From: Candidatus Thorarchaeota archaeon
GTDB taxonomy: Archaea > Asgardarchaeota > Thorarchaeia > Thorarchaeales > Thorarchaeaceae
Assembly (NCBI GenBank): GCA_029858305.1
Contig: JAOUFI010000036.1
Span: 1 to 21,699 of the forward strand
Length of the DNA: 21,699 nucleotides
Direction: 5' to 3'
Positions 1 to 7,997 of this stretch are shown here, in pieces. The notes below the pieces were generated by a model that saw nothing but the letters and a program-made list of their open reading frames with translations, was not told the origin of the DNA and made no database searches. The position numbers and the translations under genes were made by a program. Positions within the stretch are counted from its first letter, which is position 1. Each line of letters opens with the position of its first letter.

Positions 1-254
1 GTCGTGACTCCCTGTCTCACCTTGCTCTCCGCATTCGGGTTTATGAGTAATGTGAGATCAGAATGTGTATGAATGTCAATGAAACCAGGGGAAACAATTA
101 GACCGGTTGCATCAATAACATGTGCTGCCTGTGAGGCGTCCAACTCACCGACCGATGAGATTTTTCCAGCAGAAACACCAACATCTAACTGCACCCAAGG
201 ATTCCCTGTGCCATCAATAACCCGCCCGTTCTTGATGATGATGTCATAATCCAT
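1..254 (-). CDS. N-acyl-D-amino-acid deacylase (D-aminoacylase)/amidohydrolase, N-terminal part, truncated by window edge
   Basis: Not in the ORF track. Manual translation from ATG at 254: MDYDIIIKNGRVIDGTGNPWVQLDVGVSAGKISSVGELDASQAAHVIDATGLIVSPGFIDIHTHSDLTLLINPNAESKVRQGVT. PGFIDxHxH metal motif and QGVT are typical of this family. Confidence 0.9.
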   Translation of the reverse strand, partial: MDYDIIIKNGRVIDGTGNPWVQLDVGVSAGKISSVGELDASQAAHVIDATGLIVSPGFIDIHTHSDLTLLINPNAESKVRQGVT

Positions 255-443
255 AGTCCCACATTCCCTGTTGCCAATCACTGTTGGTAATAACTGATGT
301 ACCTGATAAGCTGAATGGTGCTTGAAATCAATTCTAAGAGCCAAACCATCACATGCGTTATGTGTATCCTCGTGTCCATAACAGTTCATATGCTGTTGAA
401 GCATAAGACATTGCAGCAGGACTGTTCGTGGTGGTCGTGTGAC

Positions 444-2654
444 ATGGTGAGGACGCGGTGTCGCAGGAGAAGATGTTTGGTTGTTGTTCTAGTAGTGCAC
501 TTCTTTTTCTTCTCATCTATTGGAGAACTCTTTGTAATGACGCAACCATCACATCACCTCGTAGATACATGTGTTTGGGAGATAGCAGGCAGACCGGATT
601 CAATGGATCCAGCTGTTGACTATGAGAGTATTGGCAACTGGGTGCTGTCCAATATCTATGAAACTCTATTCACCTATCCGTTTGACAGCAATGCGACTGA
701 GCCATTAGTACCATTACTGGCTGCTGGACCATACTCGATATCTCCCGACGAGAGGAATTACACTTTTGAAGTACGGCAGGGAATCACTTTTCATGATGGC
801 ACGCCCTTCAATGCAAGCTGCGTAAAGTGGAACATCGAGCGTGCTATGAAAATCTTTGCAGAATGGAGTGCGATTGGGCTTTTGGCTGATGTGTTACAGG
901 GGGGTGCTCAGGTGAAGGAGGTTGCACTATCTAATGGAACTGATTCATCTGAGTTTGCGACTACATTTGATACTTGGATTGCCACCTCGGGAGCAATAGA
1001 GATTCCTGATGTCTACACAGTCAGATTCGTGCTTGAGAAAGCATTCTCGCCTTTCATTACACTACTGGCGACAGAGGCGACATATATCATGAGCCCCACA
1101 TATGCAGTAGATCATGCAAGTGATATAGCATGGGCAACCTGGGAAAACTACGGGGTTGATTATGGTGAGTTCGTGAACTATATGGATAGCCACACCTGTG
1201 GTACTGGTCCCTACACACTCACCAACTGGATACCAGACCAGTATATTGAGTTGACCATTCATAGTGACTACTGGCGGACGGCTGAAAAAGCTCCCTTGAT
1301 ATCACCGCCATCCTATGCAGGTGCAATTGGGAAGGTCTTTATCAGGACCAATGATGACGCCCATGGGAGAGAGTTGAACCTCAGAGCAGGCGTAGTAGAC
1401 GGAGTATACTGGCCAACAATATACGCTTTGGACATTTGGGATTCCGAAACAGGGGAGTCATTAGATCCTAACATCGATATTTCCACAGGTGGTTACGAAT
1501 TTGCCACCGCCTTCTTTGGCTTTAATATGAGCAACCTCACAATAATTGTCAATTCTAGTGATGTGAGCATTGAAAGCCCTTTCAAAAACAAGCATCTCAG
1601 GAGAGGCGCCTCGTTTGCATTCGATTATGATAGATTCATAGAGGAGGAATACTATGGCTTTGGCGTCCAAGGCAAAGGACCAATTCCCATAGGAATGGCA
1701 GGGCACAATAGTACCAGCTACGAATTCAAGTATAATATCACTGCGGCCGTGGAGGAGTGGAATCTTGCAATGCTGGACTCTGAATTCATATCGTCGCTGA
1801 ATGCAATGAATTGCTCGTTTACTCTCTATTACATTGAAGGCGGCTCATCTTTGAGACCGCTATCTATGAATCTGCTCCAACAAGGAATTGAGGAGGTCTT
1901 TTGGCATCCCATGGCCAATCATACAGGACTGACTCATAATATCACAATCGCGGTAGAGGGGCTGATATTTTCGGACTATATGCAATATCGTGAAGAGAGA
2001 AGATTGTTGATGATGGATTATGGTTTGATTCCCGATTACGCAGATCCAATCAGCTATTTGTATCCACTCTGCTACTCAGAAGGAGATTTAGCCCAAGAGA
2101 TTGGCTACAATGATACAGACATTGATCTGTGGTGTGACTTAGCAATCTCTGAAATTGACTCCCTCCAACGTCATATATACTTCAATCAGATTCAGGATGC
2201 AGTAGCAGATGAGGCTCCGTACCTCTGGGCGTATCAGCAAGTGGAGTTCCGGACCTGGAGAAACTGGACATCTGGAGATGGTCTAATCTTCAACCCAATG
2301 CGTGATGTCTATTTCTATCATATTATCAAGGATTTTTCATTATACACTCCGCCGTATCCTTATCTTGAGGCTATCCTTGCTGGTGCAATGTTCGTGATAA
2401 TCATTGGCTACGGAACCATGAACTACTATAGCTCACGAACTCTCTTACGCAACAGAATCAAGCTTGGATTTTTAGCGGTTTACACAGGACTTGGATTGTA
2501 TTTGACAGCTTGGATCATCTTCTTCATTATGTACTGGCTAATCCTATTCCCCGCACCAGCTCTTATCTGGGTGCCATGGTGTTTCATCTATTGTGACTAC
2601 ATGAATGATCACGATGCTCTAAAATCTGCTCAGCCGACTGTTGAGTTGCAATGA
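444..2654 (+). CDS. ABC transporter substrate-binding protein, family 5 (oligopeptide/dipeptide type), with C-terminal membrane segments
   Basis: Motifs PDSMDPA, NIYETLF, YTFEVRQGITFHDGTPFNASCVKWNIER, GTGPY, PDYADP. Start moved from 315 to ATG 444, which opens a basic-then-hydrophobic signal-like segment (MVRTRCRRRRCLVVVLVV). Confidence 0.88.
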   Translation: MVRTRCRRRRCLVVVLVVHFFFFSSIGELFVMTQPSHHLVDTCVWEIAGRPDSMDPAVDYESIGNWVLSNIYETLFTYPFDSNATEPLVPLLAAGPYSISPDERNYTFEVRQGITFHDGTPFNASCVKWNIERAMKIFAEWSAIGLLADVLQGGAQVKEVALSNGTDSSEFATTFDTWIATSGAIEIPDVYTVRFVLEKAFSPFITLLATEATYIMSPTYAVDHASDIAWATWENYGVDYGEFVNYMDSHTCGTGPYTLTNWIPDQYIELTIHSDYWRTAEKAPLISPPSYAGAIGKVFIRTNDDAHGRELNLRAGVVDGVYWPTIYALDIWDSETGESLDPNIDISTGGYEFATAFFGFNMSNLTIIVNSSDVSIESPFKNKHLRRGASFAFDYDRFIEEEYYGFGVQGKGPIPIGMAGHNSTSYEFKYNITAAVEEWNLAMLDSEFISSLNAMNCSFTLYYIEGGSSLRPLSMNLLQQGIEEVFWHPMANHTGLTHNITIAVEGLIFSDYMQYREERRLLMMDYGLIPDYADPISYLYPLCYSEGDLAQEIGYNDTDIDLWCDLAISEIDSLQRHIYFNQIQDAVADEAPYLWAYQQVEFRTWRNWTSGDGLIFNPMRDVYFYHIIKDFSLYTPPYPYLEAILAGAMFVIIIGYGTMNYYSSRTLLRNRIKLGFLAVYTGLGLYLTAWIIFFIMYWLILFPAPALIWVPWCFIYCDYMNDHDALKSAQPTVELQ

Positions 2655-2693
2655 TACTATAGTAGATGTTCAATAATGTCAATTGAGTGTCTA

Positions 2694-3182
2694 TTACAAT
2701 ACAGTTTTTTCAATCTGTTTTGTCAATTCCTCCAAAGGCAATGATTTCCTCCGGTTCTCACAATTAACACATTCGTCATATTTTCCGCAGTTTGGTTTCA
2801 ACACACCCATCTTTACAAGATATTGAGGGAATGATCTGAATGCCATGGGATTAATCTCTTCGTTCCTATCAGGTACGACGGAGCCATATCGGTCTACAAA
2901 TAGATCTGCAATCTGACGAAGAGTTGCTCTGTTAGTTTGATCTGTCTTATCATCAGAGGAGAGAGCAAAGATTAGATCACCCTGTGAGAGAAGCATGAAT
3001 GAGAGTGCGCCAAGTCCTATCTCATTTACCGAGTCAGGAGATAGCATTTTTGAAAATGTAAAAATGGCACCAACGAATCCACTGATCATTACATCGTCAT
3101 CACCAAGAGAGTGGCAGTCACCAAAGTTTGCGCTTAAGAGGGAGTGACCATTCTTGTCAAGAATGACTAGATTCCGAATCAT
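2694..3182 (-). CDS. Longin-like domain protein with C-terminal Cys motif
   Basis: MIRNLVILDKNGHSLLS...MISGFVGAIFTFSK...EIGLG...GDLIFALSSD...LRQIADLFVDRY fits the longin beta-beta-alpha-beta-beta-beta-alpha pattern. Tail is CGKYDECVNC. Start 3182 chosen (3191 or 3197 possible); the 3293 start overlaps the upstream gene. Confidence 0.7.
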   Translation of the reverse strand: MIRNLVILDKNGHSLLSANFGDCHSLGDDDVMISGFVGAIFTFSKMLSPDSVNEIGLGALSFMLLSQGDLIFALSSDDKTDQTNRATLRQIADLFVDRYGSVVPDRNEEINPMAFRSFPQYLVKMGVLKPNCGKYDECVNCENRRKSLPLEELTKQIEKTVL

Positions 3183-3237
3183 ACTGCTCATCAGCATGGA
3201 TATGTGGTAACGAATAAAGGATTCTGGTGTAGGAGCT

Positions 3238-3765
3238 TTAGAAGTACATCCCAGCTCGCATCGGGAATCGATCACGAAAGGTCTTCTGAGCACTGCGATC
3301 GAGAGCCATCTGCATCTTCAGAATCTCAGGGCTCAATGAACCTAAATCAGGACGCATTAGTACCGGACCTCGAAGAATGTGATCTGTTGCATGTTTATTC
3401 GAAGAGAGGTCTTCGAGGGACACAGGAGAACGTCTGAGTATCTCTTGTATCTCGGGACTTGTACCCTGAGGACTTCCCAACGCAGTCAGGATTCCTCTCA
3501 GGTCGTCTTCGTCAATTGGACGGAGTCCGAACTCAGGAGATGCGCGAATCTCCTCGATTGTCTCACTCGATTTTGGAAGTTCAATCCCTGCTCCTGTGAA
3601 CTCGTATGGATTTAGCGGGATGAGTTTCAATTGGAATGCGGAGTCTGGACTAAGAACTAGCACTTCTCCTCGTGGAGTATTCATGATACGCCAGCCACGA
3701 GGGTGTTCAGTGTACTGCTTCACGATGCGTGGTACTATCTTTTCCGCAGGTTCCGGATCGGTCAC
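3238..3765 (-). CDS. Hypothetical protein
   Basis: 175-aa ORF with GTG start and a TATA-like TTTAAG about 25 nt upstream, co-oriented with its neighbours. No function recognised. Confidence 0.75.
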   Translation of the reverse strand: MTDPEPAEKIVPRIVKQYTEHPRGWRIMNTPRGEVLVLSPDSAFQLKLIPLNPYEFTGAGIELPKSSETIEEIRASPEFGLRPIDEDDLRGILTALGSPQGTSPEIQEILRRSPVSLEDLSSNKHATDHILRGPVLMRPDLGSLSPEILKMQMALDRSAQKTFRDRFPMRAGMYF

Positions 3766-3897
3766 TGTATCTCAATTCACTGATAACTTAAACACAAAAA
3801 GCCATATCGGTTCTGCCAAGGATTCTGATTGTCAAGCTTCGAGATGGTCTAAAGGCTTGCTTGCCTCAGTATGTACAACAGAAAAATGATGCAGACA

Positions 3898-4248
3898 TTA
3901 AGGACGTACTGTGAGCAGTTCACCTATTGATCGGGTGGTCTCAATTGTTCCCCTGACCGCATTGACGCTGTACTCCAGTTCTTCAATTATCTCGTTGGCA
4001 ACTCTGTCGAGGTCCCTAACATCCTCGAGAATGTATCTGAAGGTTAGAGGAAGTCCTTTGCGTACAACGCCCACTGCAGATAGAGTAAGTCTGCGTACAT
4101 GTTTTGGCCCATCCATGAAAGGACCTTGGTAATATTCTGGGCTATAGACGACCAAAGCCGCCTCGTTGATAATATCTTTGAAGTCAGAATAGCTGTCTAA
4201 CTGCACCGGGGGAATAAACACATTCTGTTCGTTAGTCATAATTTCCAT
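3898..4248 (-). CDS. Hypothetical protein
   Basis: ORF with ATG at 4248 (or 4239). The extension to GTG 4332 runs through a structured GC-rich segment and is probably untranslated. Confidence 0.7.
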   Translation of the reverse strand: MEIMTNEQNVFIPPVQLDSYSDFKDIINEAALVVYSPEYYQGPFMDGPKHVRRLTLSAVGVVRKGLPLTFRYILEDVRDLDRVANEIIEELEYSVNAVRGTIETTRSIGELLTVRP

Positions 4249-4332
4249 CTCGCTGCTCGGGAACCCTATATCACCCCATTGTTTCCGATGGAGATTCTCA
4301 GGGTTTCCACTGGTTTGCGGCCTCCCGGCCAC
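4249..4332 (-). ncRNA. Candidate structured 5' leader or small RNA with two GNRA-capped hairpins
   Basis: Minus-strand RNA: GUGGCC-GGGA-GGCCGC hairpin (4332-4317). Second hairpin GGAAACCCU/AGGGUUCCC (4308-4259) with inner stem CUCCAUCG-GAAA-CAAUGGGG. Begins 23 nt downstream of TTTATATA. Confidence 0.5.
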
Positions 4333-4355
4333 AACTATTAGTATATAATCAAACC

Positions 4356-4363
4356 TATATAAA
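4356..4363 (-). promoter_or_regulatory. Archaeal TATA box (TTTATATA)
   Basis: Plus strand reads tatataaa in an AT-rich intergenic region. Spacing predicts a transcription start near 4332. Confidence 0.55.
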
Positions 4364-4444
4364 TATATCTAATCTTTTATTTTAATCGTTAATCGTCTAA
4401 ATAAAGGTTATTGGAACACATGTTCTAAATAGATGGTCATGTAC

Positions 4445-4467
4445 AAAAAGCAAAGAAAAAAGGGAAA
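4445..4467 (-). terminator. Oligo-T archaeal-type terminator
   Basis: TTTCCCTTTTTTCTTTGCTTTTT directly follows the stop codon of the 4468..4941 gene. Confidence 0.6.
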
Positions 4468-4941
4468 TCAGAAGCTTTCGCAAACCTTGCGTATCTTTCG
4501 AATCTGATCCGATTTGATGAAAGCAAGATACTCATAGAGCCGCCGCATAATTTCTGACTTTGCCCTGGAGGCTATTGAGTTAAAGAACGAGAATCCCTTG
4601 AACTCCATCTCAAGGGCACGATTACAGACATAGAACCGCGGGTCAGTATCAGGATTGGATTGAGCGAAAGGAGTGCGATCCATTCCAAAAGGAGTGGGAT
4701 CGGGATCTTCCTGGAAAAAAGACTCTTTCCTGACCTCCTCAATGGCATCCAGAATGCCAGTCGTCATCATGAGCTTAATCCTATCCATGAGGTCGCCCTC
4801 TGTTTCAGCAAGGACCAACAATAAGGCCTTCACTCGAGGGGTCTCCACAGCGTTGGCTGCTTTGAGATAGAAATCATAGTGATTAGCAGCAGTTGTGAGG
4901 GCAACTCTTAGCATATTCTGGACAGCAGTCTTGTCGGTCAT
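4468..4941 (-). CDS. Ferritin/rubrerythrin-like four-helix-bundle protein, paralog A (degenerate diiron site)
   Basis: FYLKAA...VKALLLVLAETE and RALEMEFKGFSFF...RRLYEYLA give the duplicated helix-pair pattern of the ferritin-like superfamily. ATG at 4941. Confidence 0.72.
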   Translation of the reverse strand: MTDKTAVQNMLRVALTTAANHYDFYLKAANAVETPRVKALLLVLAETEGDLMDRIKLMMTTGILDAIEEVRKESFFQEDPDPTPFGMDRTPFAQSNPDTDPRFYVCNRALEMEFKGFSFFNSIASRAKSEIMRRLYEYLAFIKSDQIRKIRKVCESF

Positions 4942-4998
4942 TGAAAAAGTATACAACAGCGAACAAAGAAAGCACTTTCTATCATCTAATCAATTGGT

Positions 4999-5451
4999 CT
5001 AGAATGTCCCACATACTTTTCGAACCCTCTCGATCTGTTGCGACTTGATGAATGCAAGATATTCGAAAACGCGGCTAACAATCTCGGATTTTGCGCGTGC
5101 AGCAATGGAGAGGTAGAATGTGTACCCCTTGACCTCTTGTTCAAGAGCCCTATTACAGACAAAGATACGAGGATCAGTATCATTACGGTCAGGTGCAAAA
5201 GGAGTGTCGTTAGGAGGCCTTTCACTGACTTCAACTTTTCCCATTGCCTCTATTTCATCCAACACACCAGTCGCCATCATGTGGCGTATCTGTGCAATAA
5301 GGTCACGCTCAGTGTCAGCAAGAACCCTAAGTAATGCTTTGACCTTGGGGGTTTCGACATTGTCAGCCGTTTCTCTATAGTACTCATAATTACGTGTAGA
5401 CATGGTCAAGGCGAGATTCAGAAGATTTTCTAGGGGATTCTTTTGACTCAT
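4999..5451 (-). CDS. Ferritin/rubrerythrin-like protein, paralog B (degenerate diiron site)
   Basis: Aligns end to end with paralog A (VETPxVKALL, DTDPRxxVCNRALE, RAKSEI, EYLAFIKS, RKVC). ATG at 5451. Confidence 0.72.
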   Translation of the reverse strand: MSQKNPLENLLNLALTMSTRNYEYYRETADNVETPKVKALLRVLADTERDLIAQIRHMMATGVLDEIEAMGKVEVSERPPNDTPFAPDRNDTDPRIFVCNRALEQEVKGYTFYLSIAARAKSEIVSRVFEYLAFIKSQQIERVRKVCGTF

Positions 5452-5508
5452 AAGGTGCAAAAGACAGTAATTTGTAAAGAAAATGGTTTCTGTGTTGCAC
5501 CCATTCTA

Positions 5509-6225
5509 CTAAGGTCTCTCAAAACCCTCCGGGTCTGTGAGGTAATCAGATACAATGGAATATTCCTCATCTGACATGGAGTCTCGGAGAATAAGCAGAC
5601 CATCATATACGATATCAATGAGACAATGTAACCGTAGATTTAGGGCACGAGCACGCTGACGTGCTCCTTGATGTCGATCAAGGATGACTGCGATGTCGTT
5701 ACATGTCACATCAGAGAGTCCTCGCTTCTCAACCTCTGCAAGGACTTGATCGCGCGCTACAACCTTGCTCTCCATCCCTGTAACTAGGTCGTCGACTAGA
5801 CAGAGTGCATCACCATCTTCAATGATACCCTCCAAGAATGAGTGCTGTCCGTACGCACTGATAGCTTGTTTCATCTCTTCCTCAGTTCTTACACCTAGAA
5901 TCTTACGAGTGTGACATGCAGGAATTCCAGACTCGAGTGAGATGGATGTCGCGATTGGAATGCCAGCAAATGCCACTCCCACAAGCCTATTGACATGAGG
6001 GGCTTTTTCCTGAATAAGAATTGAGAGCGCCTGTCCAACCTTGGCAAGGGTTTCAGGGTATGAACAGAGCTCACGAAGTTGGATATAGAATGGGCTCCAC
6101 ATTCCAGAGTGTAGAGTCCAGCCTTCGGGTTTATCACGTATTGACGTGAGGACCATCCTCTTATCGTAGATGTCTCGCATTATCTCAGTCTTGAGCTTAT
6201 CTAGGAGAGCTGTACTATCGCTCAT
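5509..6225 (-). CDS. pyrE: Orotate phosphoribosyltransferase-like type I PRTase
   Basis: TLHSGMWSPFYIQLR, LVGVAFAGIPIA, PRPP loop LVDDLVTG, and ILDRHQGA. Start is ATG 6225 or GTG 6234. Confidence 0.75.
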   Translation of the reverse strand: MSDSTALLDKLKTEIMRDIYDKRMVLTSIRDKPEGWTLHSGMWSPFYIQLRELCSYPETLAKVGQALSILIQEKAPHVNRLVGVAFAGIPIATSISLESGIPACHTRKILGVRTEEEMKQAISAYGQHSFLEGIIEDGDALCLVDDLVTGMESKVVARDQVLAEVEKRGLSDVTCNDIAVILDRHQGARQRARALNLRLHCLIDIVYDGLLILRDSMSDEEYSIVSDYLTDPEGFERP

Positions 6226-6325
6226 GTGTGACACTCAAGATTCCTGTTGTGCGTTCGTGCTTAACTCTCTATCGTCTTTTGGAGAAAGTGAGAACAGATA
6301 TACAGCTTGGCGCCGAGGTTGATCT

Positions 6326-7396
6326 ATGAACTCAAACGATCTTGCTCAATGGTTGCTATGGAATGCAGGACCTTGTATTAGATTCCGCACCTTGGTGGAG
6401 ATTCTTCACGAGCAAGATGTTAGTCTGGTATCACAAGCTCTTCAGGAACTGCTTGTGAGTCCCGAGGTGGTAGAGTGGACGAGTAGATTGAATCCCCAAT
6501 TCGATATCAACAGTATACATTCAGGAAAACCGAATGCCTTTGAGAATGTGATTGGAAAGCTTGTGCAGTTGGGCGTCAGGGCTGGACTTCAACCGTTTGA
6601 TAACAAGACCCTTCCCTTCCGGGTCTGGTTGTCAGAAAATGTGGAAGTATATCCAGAAACGCCTCACGCAGTGTTTCTCCGAACAATCATAGCCGCCTTT
6701 CTTGCATTTGCTGGCTATGATTCGATTAGTCCGGTCATGGCACAGATGACAAAGCGCCTGCAAGCTCTCTACTTGTTTGCAAAAGATCCAGACTTTGCGA
6801 GTGTTTTTGTTGACAAATCAGAAACCAATGGGTTTCCCGAGGGTAGTGAGAATCACCAGCTTGTAAACCCAGAGTTATACCAAGACCAGCAATTCATGCT
6901 TCCATGGATTCATGACATCCGAGGGCTATCAAGTTGCATTGACATCCTCTCCAAACAAAGCTACGTATCTAAGACCGAAAAGATAGTTGAGATGATTCTT
7001 ACCAGTGAATATCAGAGCTTGCCATCGAGCTATGGATTGGCTAAGTATGGCAAGAGATACTATGTTCTGGGGTGGGCCGTACATCTGCCAGGTTACTCAG
7101 CCAAACCAGAGGGGAGAAGTTTTGCTAATCTCTTGCTCACTCTGGAGGTCATGGGAAAATTCCCTGTGGCTCGAAAAAATCCTTGGTTCGTAAACTCGAT
7201 AGAGTATCTGGAGAGTTTCAGAACTGAGTACGGCACGTACATCTTTCCGTTTTCTTGGTTACCAGAGAAGCAAACTGGCTACTGGGTCGGAGGATTACGG
7301 ATGGGTTATGATGAACGAAAGAGCTATCCAAAGGCTATAGAGTGTGAATCAACATTCAGGATGCTCAAGATAAAACAGATTGCTGGTGGAACGTGA
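6326..7396 (+). CDS. Hypothetical protein, possibly an alpha-helical toroid (prenyltransferase/cyclase-like)
   Basis: 356-aa ORF with ATG start. N-terminal WLLWNAGPCIRFRTLVEIL. The fold call is a weak impression only. Confidence 0.7.
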   Translation: MNSNDLAQWLLWNAGPCIRFRTLVEILHEQDVSLVSQALQELLVSPEVVEWTSRLNPQFDINSIHSGKPNAFENVIGKLVQLGVRAGLQPFDNKTLPFRVWLSENVEVYPETPHAVFLRTIIAAFLAFAGYDSISPVMAQMTKRLQALYLFAKDPDFASVFVDKSETNGFPEGSENHQLVNPELYQDQQFMLPWIHDIRGLSSCIDILSKQSYVSKTEKIVEMILTSEYQSLPSSYGLAKYGKRYYVLGWAVHLPGYSAKPEGRSFANLLLTLEVMGKFPVARKNPWFVNSIEYLESFRTEYGTYIFPFSWLPEKQTGYWVGGLRMGYDERKSYPKAIECESTFRMLKIKQIAGGT

Positions 7397-7403
7397 AGTA
7401 CTC

Positions 7404-7892
7404 ATGATTCGAGAAGACATCCAAGTTATCGAGTATTCGAGAGAACATGCTAAATCGATTTCAGAACATCTATTCGAGGGTGTACCAGAAGAAATTGTGG
7501 AAAAGCAAAGAGAAGAGCTCTTGAGACCGGGACCTGAGGAGGTCTTCAGTGTCTGCGCCTTGCATGACGGAGAGGTCGTAGGAGTCTGTACTGGGGTGAG
7601 AATGAGATGGGCGGGATCTAGGCACCGCATCGAGATGGTCCAGGTCGTAGTACACGAGCAGTTCAGAGGACAAGGAATTGCGCGAAGCATGATGCAGTCC
7701 ATAGCCACTCATTTCTCAGCTCATGGCGTAGAGATTATTCAGATCAGTGTTAAGGCGGGCAACTTTGAAGCCATGGGGGCATATGAGAGGATAGGATTCA
7801 AGAAGTTCGGTACTCTGCACCATGGACTAAAATATGACGATGAGTACCGTGATGAGATCATGATGGCCGCACCGATAGCAGCCATGCTCTGA
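7404..7892 (+). CDS. GNAT-family N-acetyltransferase
   Basis: Acetyl-CoA motif VVVHEQFRGQGIA and NFEAMGAYERIGF. ATG 7404 lies 7 nt after the upstream stop. Confidence 0.9.
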   Translation: MIREDIQVIEYSREHAKSISEHLFEGVPEEIVEKQREELLRPGPEEVFSVCALHDGEVVGVCTGVRMRWAGSRHRIEMVQVVVHEQFRGQGIARSMMQSIATHFSAHGVEIIQISVKAGNFEAMGAYERIGFKKFGTLHHGLKYDDEYRDEIMMAAPIAAML

Positions 7893-7997
7893 ATCATCAT
7901 TATTGTCTTGAGATATCTCTAGCTAGTCGAATGTACTAGAGTCAGTACGACATATCTGACACTCAAGGCTTCGAGGAGGCGACAGGACATTGGGATA

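Noticed and set aside
315-443. 43-aa N-terminal extension of the substrate-binding protein
   Set aside because: It would bury the signal-like segment and occupy the divergent promoter region.
4259-4332. Resemblance of the leader to a c-di-GMP-I riboswitch (GCAAACC-N4-GAAA), a SECIS element or a K-turn (UGAG/UGAU)
   Set aside because: The second GCAAA and the P3 features of c-di-GMP-I are missing. The GA pairs are out of register for a K-turn or SECIS. The upstream gene's TGA aligns with the paralog's TAG and is followed by a T-tract.
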